Source: an uncultured Acidimicrobiia bacterium (GTDB taxonomy: Bacteria > Actinomycetota > Acidimicrobiia > Spongiisociales > JAENVV01). From it: a DNA stretch of 64,000 bases. Below the pieces are notes generated by a model. That model saw nothing but the letters and a program-made list of their open reading frames with translations, was not told where the DNA came from and did no database searches. This document shows, in pieces, positions 48,394 through 56,348 of this stretch. The position numbers and the translations under genes are program-made. Numbering within the stretch: position 1 is the first letter of the stretch; each line of letters opens with the position of its first letter. The stretch lies in the NCBI GenBank assembly GCA_963847455.1, contig CAWKAG010000056.1:12421-76420 (forward strand), given 5' to 3'.

Positions 48394-49167
48394 TTGCTCA
48401 CCGTTCTTTCGCCAGCCAAGACGCTCGATTACGACTCCAAGCTCCCCACCCGCAAGTTCTCGACGCCGAGAATGACCGAAGAGACCCGCGAACTGGTGAG
48501 TGTGATGGCAACGAAGTCTCCTGCCGACCTGCGCGGTCTCATGGACATCTCGGACGAACTCGCTCAGCTCAACTACGAACGCTTTCAGGTATTCGAGCCT
48601 GAGTACAACCGGGCCAACAGCCGTCCGGCGGTGATTGCCTTCAAAGGCGACGTGTACATGGGGCTCAATGTTGAGGAGTTCAGCGAGCGAGACTTCACCT
48701 ACGCCCAAAAGCACCTGCGCATCCTGTCCGGCCTCTACGGAGTCCTTCGTCCGCTCGACCTCATGCAGCCGTATCGCCTGGAGATGGGGACTGCCCTCAA
48801 GACCGACCACGGCGACGACCTGTACAGCTATTGGGGTGGCCGGATCACCAGCTCACTTAACGCCGACCTGGCCAACTATCGCACCAAGGTTCTTATCAAT
48901 CTGGCCTCTAAGGAATACTTCACGGCCGTGCGGACGTCTGAGCTCGAAGGCAAGATCATCAGCCCGGTCTTCCGTGACTTCAATCGCGGCGAATACCGCA
49001 TCATTTCGTTCTTCGCCAAACGCGCCCGCGGTGAGATGGCCGCCTGGATGATCCGCAACAAGATCAAGTCAGTGCGTGGCCTGAGAGACTTCGACGGCAT
49101 GGGATACGAATACAGCCCGGCCCATTCGACGTCGACCCGCCCGACGTTCATTCGCGGAGCCGCTTAA
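48394..49167 (+). CDS. yaaA: Peroxide stress / DNA-binding protein YaaA (UPF0246)
   Basis: LSPAKTLD, AFKGDVY, ILSGLYG.LRPLD..QPYRLEMG, INLASKEY and FFAKRARG.MA. Confidence 0.96.
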   Translation: MLTVLSPAKTLDYDSKLPTRKFSTPRMTEETRELVSVMATKSPADLRGLMDISDELAQLNYERFQVFEPEYNRANSRPAVIAFKGDVYMGLNVEEFSERDFTYAQKHLRILSGLYGVLRPLDLMQPYRLEMGTALKTDHGDDLYSYWGGRITSSLNADLANYRTKVLINLASKEYFTAVRTSELEGKIISPVFRDFNRGEYRIISFFAKRARGEMAAWMIRNKIKSVRGLRDFDGMGYEYSPAHSTSTRPTFIRGAA

Positions 49168-49174
49168 CGACCAA

Positions 49175-49204
49175 CCGCCCAACGAGGAGAGATTCGTTGG
49201 GCGG
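49175..49204. terminator. Perfect 11-bp hairpin after yaaA
   Basis: CCGCCCAACGA-N8-TCGTTGGGCGG. Confidence 0.75.
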
Positions 49205-49300
49205 CATAAGGGCCGGAGGAGGTGGCCCGTGGTCTTGTTTGCTTGTGTATAAATATGATCGGCAAAACTAGAAACCACCTGAGGGATTTATAAGATTTCA

Positions 49301-49780
49301 ATGAGTAAGTCGTGGACCGAGTTTTCCGAAGAATCCCCCGATCTGGCTACTGCCATTCGTACCCGGTTCGAGTCGCATCTCCATCACGTAATCGCCACCG
49401 TGTCGGCTAGCGGAGCCCCACGGGCCAGCGGGACGGAAATCCGATGGTGGAACGACAATGCGTGGCTCGGTTCGATGCCCGGTTCACGCAAATCGGCCGA
49501 TCTGAAGGCAGATCCCCGCTTTTCTATTCATAGCCATCCCGACACCAGCGAGTTGCTGGAAGGCGATGCCAAGCTGGCCGGTGCTGCCGTGTTGGTTGAC
49601 GATGCCGCGGTTCGGCAGGCCTACTCCGAGTTCATCGGCCACCCCGGCGACGATCCCTACGACCTGTTCCGCCTCGAGATCTCGTCGGCCTCCCATGTGA
49701 GGGTTTCCGATGACAAAACCCACCTGGTCATCACCTCGTGGTCAGCCGACGGCGGTACGAGGGTGATCGAGCGGACATAG
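49301..49780 (+). CDS. Pyridoxamine 5'-phosphate oxidase-like split-barrel flavin/F420-binding protein
   Basis: IATVSASGAPRASGTE, SMPGSRKSADL..DPRFSIH and DAKLAG.A. Confidence 0.88.
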   Translation: MSKSWTEFSEESPDLATAIRTRFESHLHHVIATVSASGAPRASGTEIRWWNDNAWLGSMPGSRKSADLKADPRFSIHSHPDTSELLEGDAKLAGAAVLVDDAAVRQAYSEFIGHPGDDPYDLFRLEISSASHVRVSDDKTHLVITSWSADGGTRVIERT

Positions 49781-49817
49781 CTCAGCTCCCGGCACTAACG
49801 GAGCCACTTCTCGACAA

Positions 49818-50648
49818 GGTGCTCGTTCCGGCACGTCCGGCTAATGGACGGTCAAACGACATCGGATTCAGACGCCTTCTCAACGATGCAGCGACACAAC
49901 ATGACCACCTGGTCGGTCCCCCAGCGGAACGAAGTGGAGCGCCGCATCAGTCCCCCAGCAGAACGAAGTGGAGCGTCCGGCGTCGGTTCCCGAGCGGAAC
50001 GAAGCGTGGCAGACGGCAGCGTGACCTGCGGTCACACAGCAGAACGGCAAGCCGTTCTGCCGACGGACTGGCAGCGCCAGTCGCGTGGGGGCTCGTTCCC
50101 AGCAACGGCACGTCCGGCTGGACGGGTACACGCATCGGATTCGGACGTCTTCCCAACGATGCAGCAAACGACGACCTCACCGGTCGGAACGTAGTGGAGC
50201 GTCCGGGGAGAAGGTTCCTGCGGCCGGAGCGGAGCGTAGGTCGGAGGTAGAGGGGCTCGTTCCCAACTAGGGACGCCGGCTTATGGATAGTCGCAGACAT
50301 CGGATTCGGGAGCCTTCTCAACGATGCAGCAACCACCAACAGAGCGACCACCTGGTCGGTCTCCCCAGCGGAACGTAGTGGAGCGTCCGGGGAGAAGGTT
50401 CCTGCGGCCGAAGCGGAGCGTAGGTCGGAGGTAGAGGGGCTCGTTCCCAACTAGGGACCGCCAGGCTTATGGATAGTCGCAGACATCGGATTCGGGAGCC
50501 TTCTCAACGATGCAGCAACCACCAACAGAGTGACCACCTGGTCGGTCTCCCCAGCGGAACGTAGTGGAGCGTCCGGGGAGAAGGTTCCTGCGGCCGGAGC
50601 GGAGCGTAGGTCGGAGGTAGAGGGGCTCGTTCCCAACTAGGGACGCCC
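49818..50648. repeat. Array of 4 complete plus 1 partial hairpin-rich tandem repeats (units of 270, 164, 184 and 186 bp)
   Basis: Anchor GG(G/T)GCTCGTTCC at 49818, 50088, 50252, 50436 and 50622; the last two full units are nearly identical; shared modules CATCGGATTC..CAACGATGCAGC and GGAACG(A/T)AGTGGAGCG. Confidence 0.95.
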
Positions 50649-50749
50649 AGCTGAAGTCGTTGCCCGGAAGGATCCCGCGGGTTGGTCGTCCGTTCGGTAA
50701 GAAATCTTTCGAGTTTCGTTGGCGGTTTGGGCGTTTTCGGAGTGTTTTA

Positions 50750-50771
50750 TGTCACTGGTGGGTCGTATTGT
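50750..50771 (+). promoter_or_regulatory. RecA-NDp/PafBC-type DNA-damage promoter (leaderless)
   Basis: TGTCACTG-gtgggtcg(8 nt)-TATTGT, then 6 nt, then ATG; the mycobacterial consensus is tTGTCRgtg-N8-TAnnnT. Confidence 0.75.
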
Positions 50772-50777
50772 TGGGGA

Positions 50778-51864
50778 ATGGAAGACGATAGTTTGCGATC
50801 GGTTACCACCGACCAACTCGAACAAGATTTCATAGCGGACGAACGGCTTATCGGCCGGCTGCGAGCCCGCCAAGCGATCCGCCTGGCCGAACTCGACACC
50901 CGCCAGGTCCACCACGGCGACGGATGCCGGACCATGGCCGAATGGGTCAGTTCCCGAGCCGACGTGTCCGCCCACACGGCCAAACGGCTCGTTGCGGTCA
51001 CGAAACGCATGATCGACCGTCCCGACCTCCTCGGATCACTTGCTGCCGGTGACGTGTCGTTTGAACGAGTCGAACAGATCGCCCGCACCACCCACACCAT
51101 CGACGACGTCGCCCACCTCGACATCGCCTCGGTTGCCCGGCTGGTCGCCAAAGAAACCCGCCTGACCCGCCATGACGAACAAGACGCCCACGCCGCCCGG
51201 TTCCTGACCATGCAACCCAACCTGGACCAGTCACTGTGGAAAGTGTGGGGACAGCTCGCCGGACTCGACGGGGCCATCGTCCAAGACGCCCTGTTCGCCC
51301 GAGCCGACACCTTCCCCACCGAATCCCACCAAGATCTCGAGGGCGACCCGCAACGCTGACGCTCTCGTCTCCATCGCCCAGGACTCCCTCACCGCCACCA
51401 ACCCGGACGGTTCTGCCGACGCGGTGGCTGACCTGGTTGTGTTCGTCGACACCCGCCAAGGCCAAACCACCAACGGATATGTGCCGGCCGGACCGATCGT
51501 CGGACCCAACACCATCGACGAACTATTGTGCACCGGCTCCGCCGTCGATTACGTCACCCTCAACGCAGACGGCGAAACCCTCAACGTCGGCCACAAATCC
51601 CCCAAGATTCCCCGCAGGTTCCGTCGGGCCGTTCTCGGACGTGACGACGGCTGCTGCGTCGACGGCTGCACGTCGCGCTACCGACTCCAAGCCCACCACG
51701 TCATCCACTGGGCCGACGGAGGACCCACCAACGCCAACAACCTCGTCACATTGTGTTGGTTCCACCACCACGTGATCATCCACCAACGCGGCTTCACCAT
51801 CAAACCCGACTCACCCCGAACCCGACTCCGCCTCCAACGCCCCAACCGAGCCCCACCCGACTGA
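50778..51864 (+). pseudogene. DUF222 (REP13E12-like) HNH endonuclease, +1 frameshift at about 51326 (probably a sequencing error)
   Basis: DUF222-type N-terminus; after the frameshift SRATRNADAL, RRAVLGRDDGCCVDGC, AHHVIHWADGGPTNANNLVTLCWFHH. Confidence 0.9.
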
Positions 51865-51869
51865 ACCAG

Positions 51870-51895
51870 GCGGCGGCTATACCCGGTGCCGCCGC
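51870..51895 (+). terminator. Perfect 8-bp GC hairpin after the HNH gene
   Basis: GCGGCGGC-TATACCCGGT-GCCGCCGC. Confidence 0.6.
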
Positions 51896-52088
51896 TGACA
51901 AGTCCTACTTCTCGCACTCAAGCGACCACCCCATCCGGTAGCTATCCCCAAACCCAAACGACGATTTCGCCGCCAGGCCTCGATCGGACGCCGTTCACCC
52001 GCGTCCAACAGCCGTCCTCGATGTTCCAACTCCACATTGGTGTCCTGCGCCGCTGCCGGCGACCTCTCGTTGCTGCGGATTCGAACCC

Positions 52089-52143
52089 TTGACAAGCGGA
52101 ACTCCACCTGGCAAGCTCACACATAGACCGCCATCTATATGTG
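52089..52143 (+). promoter_or_regulatory. Sigma-A-like promoter with a downstream dyad operator (ArsR-like)
   Basis: TTGACA (52089-52094), 17 nt, CAAGCT; dyad CACATAGA-CCGCCA-TCTATATGTG (52120-52143). Confidence 0.6.
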
Positions 52144-52177
52144 ACTAGCTAGACCGCAGTCCGAAACGGAGTTTCTC

Positions 52178-53398
52178 ATGTCGAATCCAACCGTAGTCAT
52201 TGGTGCGGGACCGATCGGTCTCGCTGCCGCCGCGCATCTTCTCGAGCGCCGAATCGACACTGTGGTACTCGAAAGCGGGGCCAACGTCGGGACATCCATC
52301 CGCGAATGGGCTCACGTACAGCTCTTCTCCAACTGGCGATCGGTGGTCGATAGTTCTGCTGTTCGACGACTCGAAGCGACCGAGTGGACCGCACCTGACC
52401 CGACAGAGTTTCCAACCGGGGGCGAGTTAGTTCACGACTACCTCGAACCGCTTGCCGAAACCATGGCCGACGTTGTTCGGTTTGACCACCGGGTCGCTGC
52501 TATCTCCCGCGACGGGATTGACAAGGTAGTTACGAGTGGCCGCGAAGCGGTCCCGTTTGTGATCCGGGTCGACACGCCAAATGGCCCACGGGAGCTCAAG
52601 GCAGACCATGTCATCGATGCGTCAGGAACGTGGGGAAACCCCAACCCCATAGGCTCATCGGGCTTGCCCGCCCATGGAGAAGACGAACTCGCACAGCACA
52701 TCGAGTACGGGATGCCAGATGTCCTTGGCCGATTCCGGTCCCGCTACACCGACAAACGCGTCCTGGTCCTTGGTGCCGGTCACTCGGCGGCCGGCGTGCT
52801 CCTCGACCTTGCCGACCTCGAGGCTATCGCTCCGAGAACTCGACCCATTTGGGCCATCCGTAGGCCAGATGCAGGAAAGGTCTACGGTGGCCTGGCTGAC
52901 GACGAACTCGAACAGCGTGGCAAGATCGGCTCACAGCTTCGAGACCGTGTCGAGTCGGGGGCCATTGAGCTACGAACCGGATTCCGCGTGTCCGAGCTGA
53001 AACTAGGTCGAGACGGCATCGAGGTGACCGGCCTGACCCCGGGCGGCCAGTCGAGCCCATCGATCATCGTGGACGAGATCATCGCCGCAACGGGACAACG
53101 ACCGAACCCGGCCATAACTCGAGAGCTGAGGCTCGATGTGGACCCTTGGCTCGAGGCTCCGCGTGCATTGGCTCCGCTGATCGATCCGAACATCCACTCA
53201 TGCGGCACGGTACCGCCGCATGGAGTGAGCGAACTCTCCCATCCCGAACCTGACTTCTACACGGTCGGCATCAAGAGCTACGGACGGGCCCCAACCTTCC
53301 TGCTCGCTACCGGATATGAGCAGGTTCGCTCGGTCGTCGCTGCAATTGCCGGCGACTGGAATGCCGCCCGCCGCCTGGAACCCAGCCTGCCTGCCTAA
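52178..53398 (+). CDS. FAD-dependent oxidoreductase of the ars-operon flavoprotein type (ArsO/ArsZ-like)
   Basis: IGAGPIGL, HVQLFSNW, IDASGTWG.PNP, GAGHSA, HSCGTVPPHG and KSYGRAPTFLLATGYEQVRS. Confidence 0.85.
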   Translation: MSNPTVVIGAGPIGLAAAAHLLERRIDTVVLESGANVGTSIREWAHVQLFSNWRSVVDSSAVRRLEATEWTAPDPTEFPTGGELVHDYLEPLAETMADVVRFDHRVAAISRDGIDKVVTSGREAVPFVIRVDTPNGPRELKADHVIDASGTWGNPNPIGSSGLPAHGEDELAQHIEYGMPDVLGRFRSRYTDKRVLVLGAGHSAAGVLLDLADLEAIAPRTRPIWAIRRPDAGKVYGGLADDELEQRGKIGSQLRDRVESGAIELRTGFRVSELKLGRDGIEVTGLTPGGQSSPSIIVDEIIAATGQRPNPAITRELRLDVDPWLEAPRALAPLIDPNIHSCGTVPPHGVSELSHPEPDFYTVGIKSYGRAPTFLLATGYEQVRSVVAAIAGDWNAARRLEPSLPA

Positions 53399-53416
53399 AC
53401 CGGGCCAAGTGTTAGA

Positions 53417-53914
53417 TCAAAGCTCGCGTGGCGAGGCATTGCCTACCCGAATGATCGAGAAGCGGAGCGATGACTCGGCCACCCGATCAATGATCGGCCA
53501 TAACGACTCTTGAACCATCAGCTGCCCGTCAGCGTGCTCGATCTCATCTTCGAGGTTGGAGATGAGATCCACACCGATCGGAACCTGGGACATGGCCGAC
53601 ACCCGATAGCCGGCCGCCCGGTCCTGGAGCTCAAATCCATCGGGAGCAAACTCATATCGAACAAGGTCAACTGATCGCAACCGATCCAGCCACGCCGCTT
53701 CAATGACGAGCACTCGGCGAGCGCCATTCGCCAGTGACTCAAACCAGGCTCGATCAGCATCGGTGGTCGAATCCCAAGCTCCGAAAGTGACACGCGGACA
53801 CTCTCGAGGGAACAGGTAGTTGACGGCCATCTCATCGTCGATAGCCCACACCAATCCATCGATCGGACCGAACACCGCGATGTCCGGCTCCTCCGAGAAG
53901 TGGAACAGCCTCAT
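53417..53914 (-). CDS. DUF6886-like hypothetical protein
   Basis: LFHFSEEPDI..F.P, VWAID, YLFPRECPRV and FSIIR. Confidence 0.8.
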   Translation of the reverse strand: MRLFHFSEEPDIAVFGPIDGLVWAIDDEMAVNYLFPRECPRVTFGAWDSTTDADRAWFESLANGARRVLVIEAAWLDRLRSVDLVRYEFAPDGFELQDRAAGYRVSAMSQVPIGVDLISNLEDEIEHADGQLMVQESLWPIIDRVAESSLRFSIIRVGNASPREL

Positions 53915-53923
53915 GTCGTGTGC

Positions 53924-54484
53924 CTATCGGCCCATCGTGTAGAACTCTTCGTTGGGTCGCATGTTGGTGAGATGGGCCATCCGGTTCGACAACCCGAACA
54001 GACCCACAATGGCTCCCACATCCCAGATGTCGTCATCGTCGAGGCCGTGTTCCTTCAATACATCCCAGTCGGCGATCGTCACCGTCTCGGGTCGCCGGGC
54101 AAACCGTACTGATATGTCACAGATAGCCCGCTGGCGATCATCGAGATCGGCTTTTCGCCAGTCGGTAGCTACCTGATCGGCGAGCAATGGATTCTTGGAT
54201 CGGATGCGGAGCACCGCTCCATGAGCGACGACGCAATAGAGACAGCCGTTGGCCGAACTGGTCACGACCACGATCATCTCGCGGTCGGCCTTCGATAAAG
54301 CTGACGTCGCCTTGTCCATGAGCGTGTCGTGATAGGCAAAAAAGGCGCGAGCCTCGTCAGGACGATGAGCTAGAGCGAGGAATACGTTCGGTATAAAGCC
54401 GGTCTTCTCGGCTACCTCGAGAATTCGAGAACGCAGGTCTTCGGGGACGGAGTCGAGGTCGGGCACAGGAAAGCGAGAGATCAT
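53924..54484 (-). CDS. Peroxidase-related AhpD/CMD-family enzyme
   Basis: GFIPNVF.ALAHRP, REMIVVVTS.ANGCLYCVVAHGA.LR and SNRMAH. Confidence 0.94.
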   Translation of the reverse strand: MISRFPVPDLDSVPEDLRSRILEVAEKTGFIPNVFLALAHRPDEARAFFAYHDTLMDKATSALSKADREMIVVVTSSANGCLYCVVAHGAVLRIRSKNPLLADQVATDWRKADLDDRQRAICDISVRFARRPETVTIADWDVLKEHGLDDDDIWDVGAIVGLFGLSNRMAHLTNMRPNEEFYTMGR

Positions 54485-54501
54485 GACCCAAGTATGCCAG
54501 C

Positions 54502-55272
54502 TCAGGCGCCGGCCACCCCGGCGACGAACAATCGTCTGAACGGATACAGGGTGACTCCTTGGGCGTCGGGCGGATAGGCAGCCAGTATCTCGGCTTCAAT
54601 GGCATCCACAAACTCCTGCCGTTCTTCGCCCAGCACCCCAAGATAAGGTCTGAGCGCAGCACCTTCTATCCAGCGGGCGACCGGGTTGGGCCCACGAAGG
54701 CGCTGGTAGTACACCGTTTCCCAAACGTCGAGCTCGGAACATGACGAACCGAGCAACTCGACATAGCTCTCGGGTGCGCCGACCCGGACGTCGCTCCAGA
54801 GCGGTGTCAGTCGCTCCGCCCACCGCTCGTTGTGTACAACCCGCTCGATGGCGCGATGATCCGGTTCGGAAAAATTGCGCGGCATCTGGATGTAGAAGTT
54901 CCCGCCAGGGGCGAGTTGGCTGATCAACCGAGGTAAGACCACGTCATGGTCCGGCAACCAGTGCAAGGCGGCGTTCGAAAAAATCACGTCCGGTGGGGTT
55001 GACGGATTCCACGAGGCAATGTCGCCGGTCTCAAACCGAAGATTGACAGGATCGGTGCTGGCGTCGCGATCAAGCATCGCCGGGGAGATATCAAGCCCAA
55101 CTACCTCAGCCGATGGATACCGCCGGGCCAACTCAAGGGTGATTCGTCCGGTGCCACATCCCAGGTCGTAGACAAGGCGCGGTTCCAGGCCAGGCATGGC
55201 CGCCAGCAAGTCCTTGGCGGGCCGCTCCCGATGCCGGCGGAACTGCTCGTACAGCTCAGGATTCCAGTCCAT
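54502..55272 (-). CDS. tam: Trans-aconitate 2-methyltransferase
   Basis: W.P..Y..F...R.RPA.DLL, DLGCGTG, FSNAALHWLPDH, QMP.N, WETVY and PFRRLF. Confidence 0.92.
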   Translation of the reverse strand: MDWNPELYEQFRRHRERPAKDLLAAMPGLEPRLVYDLGCGTGRITLELARRYPSAEVVGLDISPAMLDRDASTDPVNLRFETGDIASWNPSTPPDVIFSNAALHWLPDHDVVLPRLISQLAPGGNFYIQMPRNFSEPDHRAIERVVHNERWAERLTPLWSDVRVGAPESYVELLGSSCSELDVWETVYYQRLRGPNPVARWIEGAALRPYLGVLGEERQEFVDAIEAEILAAYPPDAQGVTLYPFRRLFVAGVAGA

Positions 55273-55326
55273 CCAGCCACTCTACGCACGAATTTGGCCG
55301 GAGCCCGGGCAGCCTAGAATCGGCGC

Positions 55327-56079
55327 ATGGCGATCATTGCGTTGGCAAACCAGAAGGGCGGCGTCGCCAAGACCACGACGGTTCATGCGCTTGCCGAAGG
55401 CATGGCGGAAATCGGCCAATCGGTCCTGGCTATCGACCTCGATCCTCAGGCCAGCTTGACCTACGCTTGCGGCATCGACCCCGAGGCTCTGCCGGAATCG
55501 ATCCACGATGTGTTTGTGAAACGCACCGACCTGGCAGACGTGGTTGTCGACGTCGGTTCCTTCAACTTGGCTCCTTCGAACATCGACCTGGCCGGCGCAG
55601 AAATACACCTGATGACCAAAACTGGCCGCGAGTTCATCCTCGCCAAAGCGCTCAAGAAAGTTGAAAGCGACTACGACTTGATCATCGTCGACTGCGGACC
55701 ATCGCTCGGCATCCTCACGATCAACGGCCTGACGGCTGCCAACTATGTGGCGATCCCGTTTCAAGCCGAGACGCTGTCGCAACGCGGAGTTGGACAACTA
55801 CTCGAGACGATCGACGATGTCCGCAGCTACACGAACAGCGACCTTCATATCCTCGGGGGCATTGCCACTATGTTCGACGGTCGAACGAACCTGTCGCACC
55901 AGATGGTCGAATCGATAACCGCTGACCACAAGCTGGAACTGCTTGAACCACCGATCCCCAAGTCGGTACGGGTCGCAGAAGCCCCCGGATTCGGCCAGTC
56001 TGTGCTCACCTATGCCCCGCGTTCCAAGCCGGCCGTCGCCTATCGGGAACTCGTCCAAACGATTCGAGGCAAACTGTGA
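55327..56079 (+). CDS. parA: ParA/Soj-family ATPase (orphan, no parB)
   Basis: NQKGGVAKTTT, IDLDPQAS, DCGPSLG.LT.N.L.AA and IPKSVRVAEAP. Confidence 0.95.
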   Translation: MAIIALANQKGGVAKTTTVHALAEGMAEIGQSVLAIDLDPQASLTYACGIDPEALPESIHDVFVKRTDLADVVVDVGSFNLAPSNIDLAGAEIHLMTKTGREFILAKALKKVESDYDLIIVDCGPSLGILTINGLTAANYVAIPFQAETLSQRGVGQLLETIDDVRSYTNSDLHILGGIATMFDGRTNLSHQMVESITADHKLELLEPPIPKSVRVAEAPGFGQSVLTYAPRSKPAVAYRELVQTIRGKL

Positions 56080-56348
56080 CCGACGGCAAGAAGGCTTTGT
56101 TCGACTCCTCTACCACTTCCAACCGGTCGAAAGCCGATGGCAAGGATTCTCTGTTCTCGGCGTCAGATCGGCGTGGCATCACCGTTGAGTGTTCGCGATG
56201 CGAGGCCACCAACCAGAGCGAACTGGTCGACACGCTCGCCAGGATCAGCTGGTTCTCAATTTGGATCCCGACCAAGAAGTACAGCCGTTGGATGCTGTGT
56301 CCGTCCTGCCATGAGCGTGCCTGGGTCAAAATCCGGTGGTTTGATTGA
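56076..56348 (+). CDS. Small CxxC..CxxC zinc-ribbon protein coupled to parA
   Basis: GTGA overlap with parA and TTGA overlap with ndh; CSRC and CPSC; Trp-rich C-terminus. Confidence 0.85.
   Translation: MTDGKKALFDSSTTSNRSKADGKDSLFSASDRRGITVECSRCEATNQSELVDTLARISWFSIWIPTKKYSRWMLCPSCHERAWVKIRWFD

Noticed and set aside
49844-50636. ORFs within the repeat array (e.g. 49844-50194 +, 49947-50450 -, 50451-50636 -)
   Set aside because: Frames are broken by non-triplet unit lengths (164, 184), there is no RBS, and conservation follows hairpins rather than codons.
49818-50648. CRISPR or TIGR-type array
   Set aside because: Units are 164-270 bp, there are no unique spacers between short identical repeats, the last units are near-identical throughout, and no cas or Tas-like gene is present.
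51357-51359. UGA readthrough or selenocysteine in the DUF222-HNH gene
   Set aside because: The HNH domain is in a different frame; a single-base frameshift at about 51326 explains the break.
52070-52092. tRNA T-loop motif GGTTCGAATCC on the minus strand
   Set aside because: The flanks (AAGGG/CCGCA) do not form a T-stem, and no acceptor, D or anticodon arms can be folded.
51877-52124. Divergent arsR gene upstream of the flavoprotein
   Set aside because: None of the three minus-strand frames shows an ArsR HTH; the small ORFs here look non-coding.
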